From assembly GCF_009914755.1 (NCBI RefSeq), contig NC_060935.1: DNA of 64,000 nt; one strand, given 5' to 3'. Below are positions 36,980-49,871 of this stretch, piece after piece (the first letter of the stretch is position 1; the number at the start of each line of letters is the position of its first letter). Under the pieces are notes generated by a model. The model was not told the origin of the DNA. It worked only from the letters and a program-made list of their open reading frames with translations, and searched no databases. Source of the DNA: the human T2T-CHM13v2.0 reference genome, Homo sapiens. The position numbers and the translations under genes were made by a program.

Positions 36980-38140
36980 ACCAAATGCTGGTGAGAAACA
37001 ACAGGAACATCCCTGGAATGAATGCAAAGTGGTACGGCCACGTGGAAGACACTTTGGTACCTTCTTACAAAACGAAACAGAGTCTTACCATGGGATCTGA
37101 CAATCGTGCTGCTAGGTATTTATCCAAAGGAGTTTAAAACTTACGTCCACCTAAAAACTTCCATATGAATGTCTATAACAGCTTTATTAATAATTGCCAA
37201 AAATGAAAGCAACCTAGATGTCCCTCACTGGGTGAATGGATAAACTGTGGTACCTCCACACAGTGAAATTTTATTCAGTGATAAAAAGAAATGAGGTATC
37301 AAGCCACAAAAATACATGGACAACTTAAATGCACATTGCTAAGCAGAAGAAGTCAGTCTGAAAAGGCTAAATACTGTGTGATGTCAACTATATAATATTC
37401 TGGAAAGGCAGACAAAAGAAAGTTCAGTGTTTGCCAGGGGTTGGGCAGGAGGAGGAGGAGAGAGATGAATTGTGGAGCACAGGTGTTTGTTAGGGCACTG
37501 AAACTATTCTGTATGATCATGTAATGGTGGATACATGTCATCACACATTTGGCCAAGCCCATAGAGTGTACAGCATACAGAATGAACTCTAATGTAAACT
37601 AGGGACTTCAATTCATAACAATGTATCTATATTGGCTTACCAATGGTAACAGATATACTACACTAATGCAAGATGCTAATAATAGGGGAAACTCAGGGCA
37701 GAGGTTGGGAGGGAGAGGACGTACATATAAATTTTATTTTATTTTACTTTATTTTTTGAGACAGAGTCTCAGTCTGTGACCCAGGCTGGAGTGCAGTGGC
37801 GTGATCTCTGCTCACTGCAACCTCCGCTTCCCGGATTCAAGCGATTCTCCTGCCTCAGCCTCCTGAGCAGCTAGGACTACAGGCGTGTGCCACCACACCT
37901 GGCTAATTTTTTTAAAATATATTTTTAGTAGAGACGGGGTTTCTACTAAAACCCTGTTGGCCTGGCTGGTCTTGAACTCCTGACCTCAGGTGATCCACCC
38001 TCCTCGGCCTCCCCAAGTGCCAGGATTACAGGAGTGAGCCACTGTGCCTGGCCAGAAATATGTAGAAATTATTTGCACTTTCTGTTCAATATTTCTGTAA
38101 ACCTAAAAATCCTCAAAAAAATGAAGTTTTTTAATTAAAA
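36980..38140 (+). mobile_element. L1M (L1MC/MB-like) 3' end with nested Alu
   Basis: gaatgcaaagtggtacggccac...ctaggtatttatccaaaggag...gggtgaatggataaactgtgg...ttctgtaaacctaaaa. Confidence 0.8.
37731..38053 (-). mobile_element. AluS (Sx-like) SINE inserted in L1M
   Basis: gagacagagtctcagtctgtgacccaggctggagtgcagtggcgtgatc...cctgacctcaggtgatccacc. Confidence 0.97.
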
Positions 38141-39012
38141 AGAATTACAGAGCCACTTCAACCACCAGTTCTTCTCCCCCCCGTGCACCCCAAGAGCGTA
38201 CATCAGCTCTTTGGAGGGGCATGTAGATACCCCATGCCAGGCCAGCCTCCGTACTGCCAGGCTCGTCCTCACCCTGGGTAAAGGCTCATGCAGGCATTGG
38301 GAAAAGCATGAATCAGAAATGAGAGTACATTTTTCACGTTGAGCTAGTACCTTGTCTGCTTATGTTGCCATTCATACAGCCAGTAATAAGCCACTCCACT
38401 GTCATGTCTTCATTTAAATTGTTATTTAGACTAACCTTTCAATGGGACACGTTTTTATCCATGGGGTCCATGGATCTTATTTTAGTTTTGCTAATGCAAT
38501 AAAGTTGGAATCCTGAACATTCTTTTCAGTCTCTAGAGGTCATGAAGGGAAGAAGGGGTTAAAAAAAAAAAAGGCAAGACACAACATAAAATCAGACTGA
38601 TTCTATGTTAAAATGGTGAACAAAAAAACCAAGGACTTGACCAGATGAAAAGAGAGGGGCTCGATCCATGTGAGTGCCCTGGCTTGCTGATCCCAGACTG
38701 GGCTGACCCAGGGCATCAGGGCTGGGGATTGTCTTGGATGGAAGGATCTCATTCTGCCGGTCCTGTCCCGCAGCATTGGGTGTGGAGGAAGGCTGAAGGA
38801 GGGGACGCGCAGTTGTGGGTAACTGGCCTTCACCTTAAATATAGCAAGTTACTTGAATGGTGCGATTTGAAAAGCCTCCAGTATCTGCTGCTGACATCTG
38901 AAATTCCCCTCCTTCCTCATGTGAAGTGCCTAGCTGGTACCCACTGGGTGATTGGGCACTAGAAATGTTGGCACAAGTGCCCTCTTATGTTAAGCATTGC
39001 CCCCAACCCTGC

Positions 39013-39167
39013 TTTTTATTTATTTTTATTCTTTTATTTTTATTTTTATTTTATTTTATTTTTGCAACAAGGTCTTGCTCTGTTGCCCAGGCTGGAGTGC
39101 AGTGGCATGATCTTGGCTCACTGCAGCCTCAACTTCCCAGGCTGAAGCTATCCTCCTACCTCAGCCT
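39013..39167 (-). mobile_element. Truncated old Alu (AluJ/monomer type)
   Basis: T-rich tail then aaggtcttgctctgttgcccaggctggagtgcagtggcatgatcttggctcactgcagcctcaac. Confidence 0.85.
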
Positions 39168-39539
39168 GGCTGATTTTTTCCCACCCCTGCTTTTTAAAAA
39201 TGTTGGTGCTCCAATTAGAGCTGTACCTTAGGTAGAGTACATGAAAATCTGATTGTTGGCAGAGCCCTCGGACTTAGAAAAAGATCTGCCTGATTGGGGT
39301 TGTGAGCTAGCACAGAGCAGGAAGTGGGGAAGGGACCAGGGAGAATGTTTCTGGGGTGGAGGTCATATCAGGGCTGGGGACAGAAAGGCTGATCCTGTGA
39401 AGATTCTCTGCACACTATTGGAGGAGCTGTCTGTTGCGGGAGGGAAGAAGAAGCCTCATTCAGATCCCCCAGAGCCCACATTCGGGGCCACCTGGAGTTA
39501 GCAAATCAGAGGCTTGGGGATGTGGCACTGAATTTGGGG

Positions 39540-39770
39540 CTGTGTTACTGTGCAGGGAATATGAGCCTAGGCTCTGAATATGGGACCAATTTGAATTTAG
39601 ATCCCACCTCTGCCACTTATTGACCTCTCTGAGACTCAATTTCTCATCTATGAAATAGACTAATAACAACATTGTTTCAAAGAGCTGTGTTGAGCATCAA
39701 ATGCATCTGATTCTCAGCGTAATATCTGGCACAGAGAAGCACTGGATGCTGATAGTTTTGGTGGCGCGGC
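39540..39770 (+). mobile_element. MIR SINE
   Basis: ctctgccacttattgacctctctgagactcaatttctcatctatgaaatag. Confidence 0.75.
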
Positions 39771-41349
39771 TGTTATTGGTTGGAAGAATCTGCTGGTCAG
39801 TGTCGGGGGCCCTTCAACTTCTGCTTGCAGAAGCCCGATTCATCTGTTACCTGGGAAGCTAAACTGTCCACACCCTTCTCCCATGGTGATCCCCAGAAGA
39901 AGCTCTGAGGGGGCACTAGAGTTTTATTAGTGGCTTACCATGGCACTTAGTCCCAATCTACTCCACAGCCTGTGACAGCTGGGGCTGTGTGATGGGGCTT
40001 CTGATGGGGCCCTGGCAGCGGGAGTCTCAGCATCCAAGCACAATCAGCACTGGGTCGATGTATATGAGGAAAGCACAGAATCACATGGTTGAAAAGAACT
40101 GTAATTGTAATGGAAATTCAAATCACTCCACTGAACCTGTTTTCTGATTCGTATTTTGTCCTTGTAAATCAGAAGCACCGGGAGCAATTTATTTCTAAAC
40201 ATCAACACTCCAGAATGCAAAGAAAAATGAAATAATTGCATTCTGACTTGCTCAAAATGATTCATCTGCATGTACATGCTGATCCTGAGGGCCTATGGAC
40301 ACTGCAAAGTAACACATGGGCTGTTTGTGCTTTTGCTAACTCCTGTGTGCTCCTGGAGAGGTGGAGGAAGGCTCATATCTTGGGGCCAGGTGGATTTCTG
40401 CTCCCCACTGTGAGAATCTGATGACTGTGGAAGTGATGGCTCATTGCACCCACCACAGCCAGGTGGAGAGGAAAGATGTTCCTGTGCCTGGGGGCTCCAG
40501 GCAGCATCTGTGCAACCCCCTTCTGCTTCCCTGATTCATGAGCCCCCAAGGGTGGCCTGGAGAGGCCCCAGGTGGCCTTCCCTCTCTGAGATCCCGGGTG
40601 CACAGCTCCTTCCTCTCTCAGAACACACTGATTCTTCCTTTTCTTTCCCAGATTTCTCCCTTGCCAGGACCCTCCCTTATTGCTTGCTGGGGTTCCTAAC
40701 CTGCTGGCTGATGTTCAGGGTGCCTCCTGTGATTCTTGTCCAGGGCTTGAGTATCCAGTGGATGGCAGAAATGAATTCTCTGGACCCCAGAAAAGCAGAG
40801 GTAACCAAAGAATTAGGTAAACACATTTTGGAAATAATTTTCCATTTGATGTTTCACTGAAATAATTATCATTAGGAAAAGCAAAACATTGGAGGGTTTC
40901 CTTGTGCTGGCTTTATGGATTAGTATTATTTGTAAGTACATTTAGCCTGGAGCTCAGTGGGGAGTGTGGGGGAACCCATAATATTTTTAACATGTAGAGC
41001 CTCTAAATTTCCCACTGTGGCCTGCCCTTCCAGGTTCTTCCAGGTCCTTTTGATTTCTAAGGTTCTAATGGATGGGTGGCCACTTATTTGGGGTTAGCAT
41101 AGGGGATATCCTTAGAGAAACCATACGGAGCAGCATTAGCCTGGGAAACATTTTTTGACTGAGGAGGCAAAATGCTATAAAAAGAAAGAACATGGGTTTG
41201 GGGTCTAAAGCTGGGTTCAGTTTTGTAGTGGCTCTGTGATTTTAATCATGCTGTGTCTCAGTTTCTGCATCTGCAAAACGAAGAGTACAGTGGGCCCGCC
41301 ACAGAGGAGCACATGCAGGGACACACACGAAAGGACTTATGAACTACCA

Positions 41350-42695
41350 AGTGTGAGTGTGTGTATCATCTGTGTGTGCCTGTGTGTATCTGTGCGTGTG
41401 CATGTGTGCATCTCTGTGTATCTGTGTGCGTGTGCACGTATTCGTGTGTGTGCATGCATGTATCTGTGCGTGGATGTGTGTATCTGTGTGTGCGTGTGCA
41501 TGTACCTGTGTGTGCATGTGCGTATCTGTATGTGTGTGTATGTGTGTACCTATGGGTATCTGTGTGTGTGCATGTGTGTATCTGTGTGTGTATCTGTGTA
41601 TCTGTGTGTGGATGTGTGTATCTGTGTGCGTGTGCATGTACCTGTGTGTGCATGTGTGTATCTGTACGTGTGTGCATGTGTGTACCTATGTGTATCTGTG
41701 TGTGTGCATGTGTGTATCTCTGTATCTGTGTATCTGTGTGTGCATGCGTGTATCTGTGTGTGCGTCTATCTGTGTGTGTGCGTCTCTGTGTGCATGTGTG
41801 TATCTGTGTGCATGCATCTCTGTGTGCATGTGTGTACCTGTAGGCATGTGCATGTGTGTATGTGTGTGTGCATGTGTGTATCTCTGTGTGTGCATGTGTG
41901 TATCTGTGTGCATGTGTGTATCTCTGTGCATGTGCATGTGTATATCTGTATGTGTGCATGTGTGTATCACTGTGTGCATGTATGTGTCTGTGTGTGAATG
42001 TGTGTATCTGTGTATGTGCATGTAGCTGTGTGTGTGCATGTATCTGTGTGCATGTGGTATCTGTGTGTGCGCATGTGTATCTGCATATGTGTGTATCCAT
42101 GTGCACATGTGTGTATCTGTGTGCATGTGCATGTGATGTGTGTATCTGTGTGTGCATATATCTGTGTGTGCATGTGTGTATCTGTGTGTGCATATGTGTA
42201 TCTGCATATGTGCATGTATCTATGTGTGCATGTGTGTGTCTGTGTGTGCATGTGCATGTATCTGTGCATGTGCATGTATCTGTGCATGTGTGTATCTGTG
42301 TGCATGTGCACGTGGTATCTGGGTGTGTGCATGTGTGTGCATGTGTGTGCATGTGTGTGCATATGTGTATCTGTGTGTGCATGTGTGTATCTGTGTGTGT
42401 GCATGTGTATATCTGTGTGTGCATGTGCGTATCTGTGTTGTGCATGTGTGTATCTGTGTGTGTGCATGTATCTGTGTGTGCACGTGGTATCTGTGTGTGT
42501 GCATGTATCTGCGTGTGTGTATTCATGTGTGCATGTGTGTATCTGTGTGTACACATATCTGTGTGTGCATGTATCTGTGTGTGCGCATGTGTGTATCTGT
42601 GTTTGCATGTGTGTATCTGTGTGTGTGCATGTGTGTATCTGTGTTGTGCATGTATCTGTGTGTGCATGTGTGTATCTGTGTGTGTGCATGTGTGT
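41350..42695. repeat. Complex TG-rich satellite built from tgtgtatc / tgtgcatg units
   Basis: Directly visible ~1.35-kb alternating purine-pyrimidine tract; source of all long C/V/M and H/T-rich ORFs between 41.2 and 42.8 kb. Confidence 0.97.
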
Positions 42696-43129
42696 CAGCT
42701 ATCCCCCAAATTTCTCCTGAGTTATGAATTTTGTTGGAAAAATAAGATGATAAGAGCTTGGGGAAAGAAGGTGAGACTCCTAGGAACTTGAGCCCGTGTG
42801 GAACTCATCATTCTGCAGAAAACTAGGGAAGAATCTGGTTTCACTCCTTAGAGCAGGGAGCCAGGAGGAAGGAATGGGGTGGAGCAGGAGGAGCCGGGAG
42901 AACCAGAGAGATGGCAGAACCTTTTCTTCCTCCCTGGAAACCCCTCTGCCCCCAGTTTTTATTAACTTCCAGTAGAATAATGGAAGGCTTGCCCTGAGTG
43001 ATTTCTTATGGAGACACTAAAAGGAGCTAAGTCTGCTTTCCAGGGATTGGGGAAGTAACTGAGCAAATACACCTAAAAGCGCAGGAGCCTGGCTGGGATG
43101 GTGAGATGCTGGGACTCAGGGAAGGCATC

Positions 43130-43268
43130 AGTAAGTGGTCTCAACTCCAGCTGCTGTAGAATCATCTCAGGAGTTAAATGACACTCCCTAGTTCAATCAA
43201 TCAGGATCTCTGTGGGTGGGGCTCTGAGCATTGGCATTATTTTGTGAACCAAAGTTGAGGACCATTCC
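43130..43268. mobile_element. MER5-like (hAT-Charlie) fragment
   Basis: agtggtctcaac...tagaatcatctcaggag...aatcaggatctctgtgggtggggc...ccaaagttgaggaccatt with matching termini. Confidence 0.6.
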
Positions 43269-44744
43269 TGACACTGTTGCAGGCCACCTCTAACCAGATC
43301 TCCAGGGGCTGGGCCCCGCTGCATCTAGGACACATCAGTTATGACTCAGGTCTGGCATCACCAAGAATGTACTGGTGATCTCAGGGAAGTAATCTAGACC
43401 AGCTGAAGACTAATTAACTTGGGCCATTTAGAATCTGACTCCGTGAGACAAAGAGCCTTGGACTTGGTATCCCAGGGCCTTGGAGCAGCCCTGTGTCCTC
43501 ATCTGAGCACTCAGCCACTTGCTTGAGCTCCTTCTCTGCCTTCTAGTCTGGGGAAAGATAGGTTCTCACAATAAAGCTGGAGCTTGCATTGTGATCACCC
43601 GGGTCAGAGGAGCTTGAAGACTGGAGGCTACAGAAACGGTCTCATTAGGGCATTAGCATAAGTGGTACAGAAGGCAGGTAGGGAGGTCTCCAGGGAAGGA
43701 TTTCTCCCTTAATTAAGATTCAACTGCAGTGAAATATCAGCAACCTTATACCTCTTGTATGTACCATAAAAAAGTGCTAGGATTCTCAAATATCCTTCTC
43801 TCCTCCCTTTTCTGCCTGCAAACAGCATTTGATAGTGCAACCTTCAGGATTACCTCAGGAATAATGAGCTCCAGGCACCCTTTCAGCTGCATTAGTGAGG
43901 GAAATGCAACACTCTATTCCTGGCACACAAACAGGCCACCCCTACAGCCAGGTGTGAACTCCAGGCTTTCTGGCTGCACAGAACCATTCAACCCCTGGAC
44001 AATGAGTGAGCAAACTAGAAGCCCAGGTATCACTTTTCAGCGGGTTTAGCTGTGATGGGGGATAATGGGATGGTGGAGCAGAGTGGCTGCATTCTGAGCC
44101 ACAGCTGTGGGAAGCTCTGGTTAATAGGATGTCTGCTTGCTGTTGGAGGTTGGTGAGGGACAGGGACATTTAGGAGTGAGGACACGGGGAACACTGCTTT
44201 AGCAGCTGATATTTGTGGTGCATGCGTGCCCACATACCTGACATTTGCAAAAATCCAATCCCATTGGGCTTTCTGATTTTTAGAAAAACCTTGATTAACT
44301 TGAGTGCTTGAAAAAGATGTAGATTTATGGTTACCTAAATATATTCTGCATAATTGGGAATTAATGAGAAACTCCACCCCTTTTACATTTCAATTTTTAT
44401 GAAAAATATTTCTTAAATACACTAGCTCTCTTTTCTATCCTAAGGATTACAGTTAATTGACAATTTTTGGGTCTTTGGGGACATCAGCCTGATACATCAT
44501 TTTTCATCAATTCATTTACTCAAATGTTTTGAGTTTCCACTTTAAGTCAAACACCATGTGAGCTGCTGGAGTAATGTTGCCATAGGTACAGTCACTGATG
44601 GGGATGAGGTAGCCCCTGAATACAAATCTCAAGACAAATTCCATAACTCAGAGTATTTCTGTGTGGGGTAACCATCCCCAAATCTCTCATATGTGGAAGT
44701 CAGATGAGAAAACAATTCTACCCCAATATGAGCCATATTAGCAC

Positions 44745-44980
44745 CAGGATGCAGTGCAAAGAGCGCATGGTTTGCACGAGAGGCCCTGGGTTCAAATCCT
44801 TGCTCTGCCACTCACCAGCTGTGGGACCTTGGCCAGGCACTTTCTCTCCTGGCCCATTTCTTCGTCTGTGAGATGGAACTGTTACACCTACCCTAGAAAG
44901 TGGGAAAGGAATAAGTGGCAGACACACCAGTGGACAGCATAGCTCCTGGCCTGTAATAAATTCTTAGTTAATATTTGTTT
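44745..44980 (+). mobile_element. MIR SINE
   Basis: cctgggttcaaatccttgctctgccactcaccagctgtgggaccttggccagg. Confidence 0.7.
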
Positions 44981-44994
44981 GAAATACAAAGTCA

Positions 44995-45148
44995 TGCTGG
45001 GAGTAGTGGTGCATCTGTAGTCCTAACTACTTGGAGGATGAGGCAGGAGGATCGCGTGATCCCAGGAGTTCAAGGCTGCGGTGAACTCTAACTGCACCAT
45101 GGTACTCCAACCGGGCTACAGAGTGAGACGCTGTCTCTTAAAAAAAAA
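44995..45148 (+). mobile_element. Free Alu monomer (FRAM/AluJ right-arm type)
   Basis: ctgtagtcctaactacttggaggatgaggcaggaggatcgc...cccaggagttcaaggctgcggtga...acagagtgagacgctgtctcttaaaaaaaaa. Confidence 0.85.
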
Positions 45149-45570
45149 TTGAATCAGTATCCTAAAATCTAAGAAAAGCAAAAGTAAGATTTCACCTCAC
45201 TGTCTCCAAACACCCCCAAATCAGTTGGTTGAAACCTGATTAATTGCTATTCCATAGGCAAATGATGCTGCCAAACAGTCATTTGTGGCTGTGAGGAAGA
45301 ATGGCCAGGACAGTAGACATTCAGAAATTCAGTTTTAATGTCACAGGTTATGACTGTCGTTTACCAGGTGCCTTAACCATCTGCTTGCAGTTTTTCTTCC
45401 TTTCTTTGCCTTGGCCCTACCTCACCTGGAGAAGTTAACCAAAGAGGAGTAAGAGATCCTCCAGGTGGAGTGGGCCATGGTCAAGGCAGGTGGGGGCAGA
45501 AACAAAGGAAAAGCAGCCCAGGGAGATGGCGTTAGTGCCAGGCGGCCCGTGGAGAAAAGCTTTCGCTATA

Positions 45571-46163
45571 CTGAAGGTCTGTGAATAATGGTGATCATTC
45601 AATGCCATTAATTAAAACATTGATGAGAAAAATATATCACTTTCCAGCTGGGTCCATAGTCTGTGTGGCGTCGTTCTTCTCATGTCTGCGTGGATTTTCT
45701 CTGTGTCCTCCAGCTTCCTCCCACATCCCAAAGCTGTCACATGAGGTGACCTGGCATGTCTACATGGCCTCAGTGTGAGTGAGTGTGGGCATGTGTGTGT
45801 GTGAGTGACCCTGCGATGGGAGGGTGTCCTGTCGGGGGCTGGCTCCCGCCTGGCACCCTGAGCTGCTGGGACAGGCTCTGGGCACTGCAACCCTGAATTG
45901 GAATAACTGGATAAGTAATTATCCTACTCTTTAAATCAATCTTTCTTAAATGTATGTATAGATCTTTTTCAAAATGCTTAACATTACGAGTATTTTGGTC
46001 TTTGTTTAGTTCAGTGATATTTCTGTGACCAGAAATATGCCATAGGAACTTAACTCTTGTTTATATCAATTAGCCTGTGGGAAAATTGGCTTTGTTATAT
46101 GGTGTTTTGCTCAAGGTTGTAGTTTCCAAGAACCTATCAATGACATTAAGTGAGGACTTACTG
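45571..46163 (-). mobile_element. MER6A (TcMar-Tigger) non-autonomous DNA transposon, near full length
   Basis: Terminus gtttccaagaacctatcaatgacattaagtgaggacttactg and other end ctgaaggtctgtgaataat after a TA; ~593 bp; internal V-SINE-like block. Confidence 0.85.
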
Positions 46164-49100
46164 TGTAAGGGAGCTGTATTCCCTGGAAGCTTCCTACATG
46201 GGTATTACAGAGTTAGCTAATTGATTCCTCCATTCACGTGAAAATTAAGTGCCAGCCCAGATAAGATTCCAGGTGCTTTGAGGAACTGAGAAGAGACTGA
46301 GGGGGCACACCTGGCTCTCTGCAGTGCCCAGTCTGAGGGGTCCAGCCCTAACTGATTAAACGCAACATATGCTCCAGCAGTGGCAGGCTCATGGCTCAGG
46401 GGACTTCATAAGAAAGTGTGAGACGTCCATGCTGTTTAGAGGAAGGTGGAAAGGCCACACAGGGATGAACACAACTGAGCTGGGCCCTGAAAATGAGGAA
46501 CAGAGATCACCAGGCACAGAATTGGAGAAGTGGCATTGGAAGTAGAGGAAACCGTGTGTACAAAAGCAGCAAGGTATGAGAGGTGCATTGGAGAGGTGCC
46601 TAGTCGCATGAGGACTGGGTGTCAACAAAGGATTGGTGTTAGGAAACTCTTACCTTCCAAAGAAAAAAATATATATTCTCTCAATCATATATATGTATTA
46701 TACATAAAAATAAATATTTATTATTGTACATGTATAAATAAATCCCACTGTTAGTAGTGTTAATAAAATACACAAATTATAGTATTTGGCTACTGTAGAA
46801 TCAGATTGAGATTAGCTGGAGGAAATGGCCTCTTAATGAAAAGAGGGCTCCCACCCCAGAATGATTGATCTAACTTTCCCCACACTCTTCCCTCGGGCAA
46901 TTGCTGGCTGTCACCTGTGCTGTCCCCACACCGCCACCCCCAACTCAGTACATGGGGTTTTTACCTCTTTTCTAACCTGCTTGTTTTATGTTCAATTTGT
47001 TTTAGCTATCAACTAGATACACTCAAGGGTAAGAGCTCCATAGGGACCTGGGATGCTACTGCCACACATACAACATCTATATCTGTTGCCAAGGCAATGG
47101 GTAATAACATCAAATTGGAAGCGGGCCCTTTGTGGTCAGACATAGCTGAGTGGTACCTTGAAGAGTTATCCAAACCAAAGAGGGAAGACAAGTGGCCTTT
47201 GTGGTTATGCATGTGTCTATGTGTGCATATATGTGTCATCTATGTTTGTAAGTATGTAGGCATGCATGTTTGCTTGGGAATACATGTGTGTGTGTTTCAG
47301 ACACTCTGGCTGTATTTCAATAAGGGCATGTGAGGTACAGTTTATATCCCAGTCAATGGCCAGCAACACGCTAGGAAATAAACCTGATGAAACCAAAAAC
47401 CTGTGACCATTGAGGTCTTAATCTGTGAAGGAAATTACAGTTTAGGAGTGTGTGATTTCTCAACTTGCTGTCAAGAATCTCTGAGTTCTGTGGAGTGCAA
47501 AGTCTGAAGATGACCTTTTCCTGGCAGAGGCGAGAGTGGAGAAGCCTATTACAGAGCATAAGCCAATTTACTTTGTACAAATAAGTGGCAATTTTCTTCC
47601 TAAAATACATAAGGGTGGAAGGGAAATGTGTATAAACTGAAAGATTCTCTCCTATGGTAAATCTCCTCTTGTTTGTGGAAAGTAAAAAGACAGCAACCCA
47701 CTTAGACTCTTGTGGGAAGATGTCAGCAGAAGTGAGTCTGAGTCCTCCGCTGAACTTCACCTTGAAAAATATTTCTGAAACTGGTTTTTGGTTGGGGAGG
47801 AGGAGGAAGTAAGTATATGAGTAAATATCTCTTGGCAAAAGCATTTTAGTGGAAAGAGAAAGGAGCTATGAAATATACCTCCCTGCTTTAATTTGTCACT
47901 TCTTTTTGTTTAAAAAATTCATGAGTGTTCGTAGGCTGAAAGTAACTGAAAATCATAGATCACAACCTTTTTTCCAAGCAGTGGCTCACAACCTGAGAAT
48001 GTTCAGATCCCTAACAGTGGATAAACTATGTTGGGTGCAGGCTTCAGGATTTCCTTAGGTTTTCAAAGGCACCACTGATACAAAAAAGGTCAAGACTCAC
48101 ACTCTTGTGACTTGTTCCACAATTTTTGGCTAGGGGTTAAGATCAGAGGGTGGATGAGGTCGGCTCCACAATCATTTTGGTTGTGGGAAAGGGTTATGAG
48201 GAGATTAAGATTCAGAAAAGTTGGCTTATCATTTAAGGAGCACAGTTCATAGGGTCTGAGGAGTTTTAGCAGGTGTGTGGTAACCTGCAATGTTTTCGTA
48301 GGTGTGTGGTAACCTGCAATGAAGGAGTTATATGTGTGTGCATGTATGTATTCATACATTAATGTATTAAGGTAACATCTTTGTATTCAGATTAATCCCT
48401 TCATAAATTAATACATGAAACAATGCAGTGATGACAAGTGTTCTAAAAACTATAGAGGACTTGTTTATGAAATTAGGGCTCATACTGAAGGTCAGGAGAA
48501 GGGCTGCCATTCATCAGTCAGCATTGATATGGAGAGGGAAAGGAGATTACCCTATTACAAGTCATACTGGGTGGAGGAGATTTAATTACTCAGATGCTCT
48601 TATGCTCCTCAAAGGTCCTAGTGCACCTCTTTAGACAGTTTCCCACACAAGCCTCACCCCATCTCATCTGGTTTTGTTCTGAACCCCAAGGTTCAGTCAG
48701 GTGCGCTGTCCCATCACAGGAAAAGAAACCTTGAGCTGATTGCAGACTGTCTCTAGGTTGTCATCCATTAATTAATGAATAAATTAAACAAGGCTTTTCC
48801 ACTCTATCATCTTGTCACCTGAAGAACATTTATTTTCAGGGTGATTGCTAAACTCCACAGTACAAAGTATGTAATAGATATTACGTTTTTATTTACTACT
48901 ATGTATGTAAATGAAAGAAAGAAAAGGGAAGGACAGGGAGAGGGAGGAAGAGAAGCAAGGAAGAAAAACCAAGGGAGGAGGGAATTCTTGATAGTCTCTG
49001 TCTTTCACGGTTTTCCTGCTCAGCTTATTCATCCAAGTTCCCACTCAGCCCCCAGCAGACCAGAGAGTCAAACCCAACCCAGTGGGCCTGGGCAGGTGCC

Positions 49101-49871
49101 GTGCCATCCCCTCCACCTTCTCCGTGCGGCCTCTCCCTTGGCTGTCCTCTGAATGTGCCTGTGCCCCCAAATCCTCCCTTCAATGACATCAACAAATTTA
49201 AAAAATCCACACCAAATCTGTCACCTGTCAAATTAAATGCCTGAATAGTCACCAGCCTGGCAGTTGTACAAACATCCAGACCTTGAATCCCAATTTGAGT
49301 TTAAACTGCAAAAAGACACAAAGAGAGGCTGGGGACTGAATAAGATGAAAGGCCAGCTCAGATCTTCAGGGAAAGCTATTGTCTTGATTTTTCAGCCTTG
49401 ATGAGCCTCATGGAGGTAATAAAACCATGAATAACATTCTCCCTCATGTGCTCACAACAACAATATGACTACTAATAGTGAGGCTAATAAAAAGGACATA
49501 TTGCCTTCAAATGCCATCCTTTGCCTCTCATTGTCCCTAATAGCCTTGGGGCCCTGGGCTAGCAGTCATCTTCTCCTACAGATCTCTATCTGTAAACTAG
49601 GTGGGTTGGCAGGAGAATTAGTCCTCTTCAGTCCTAAGATTCTATAATTCCATGACAGGGAGCTCAAAAAGTTTGAGTAATTATAGAAGTCCTTCCTCCA
49701 GCTAGATATGGCAGTTTCATGTAGTAGTTACTGTCACAGGTTTTTCAGTGATACTCCCTGAGTTGAACTCCTAGTTGGACCATGTGTTGGCTGTGTCTCC
49801 AACTCCTAACCTATCAGTTAGGAATAATACGAGCATTACTAGGTAAGGATTGGATATTAACCATGTTGTAT

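Noticed and set aside
41236-42791. Long ORFs (up to 433 aa) rich in Cys/Val or His/Thr
   Set aside because: They are translations of the TG satellite, open in many frames on both strands because the repeat lacks stop codons; not metallothionein- or histidine-rich genes
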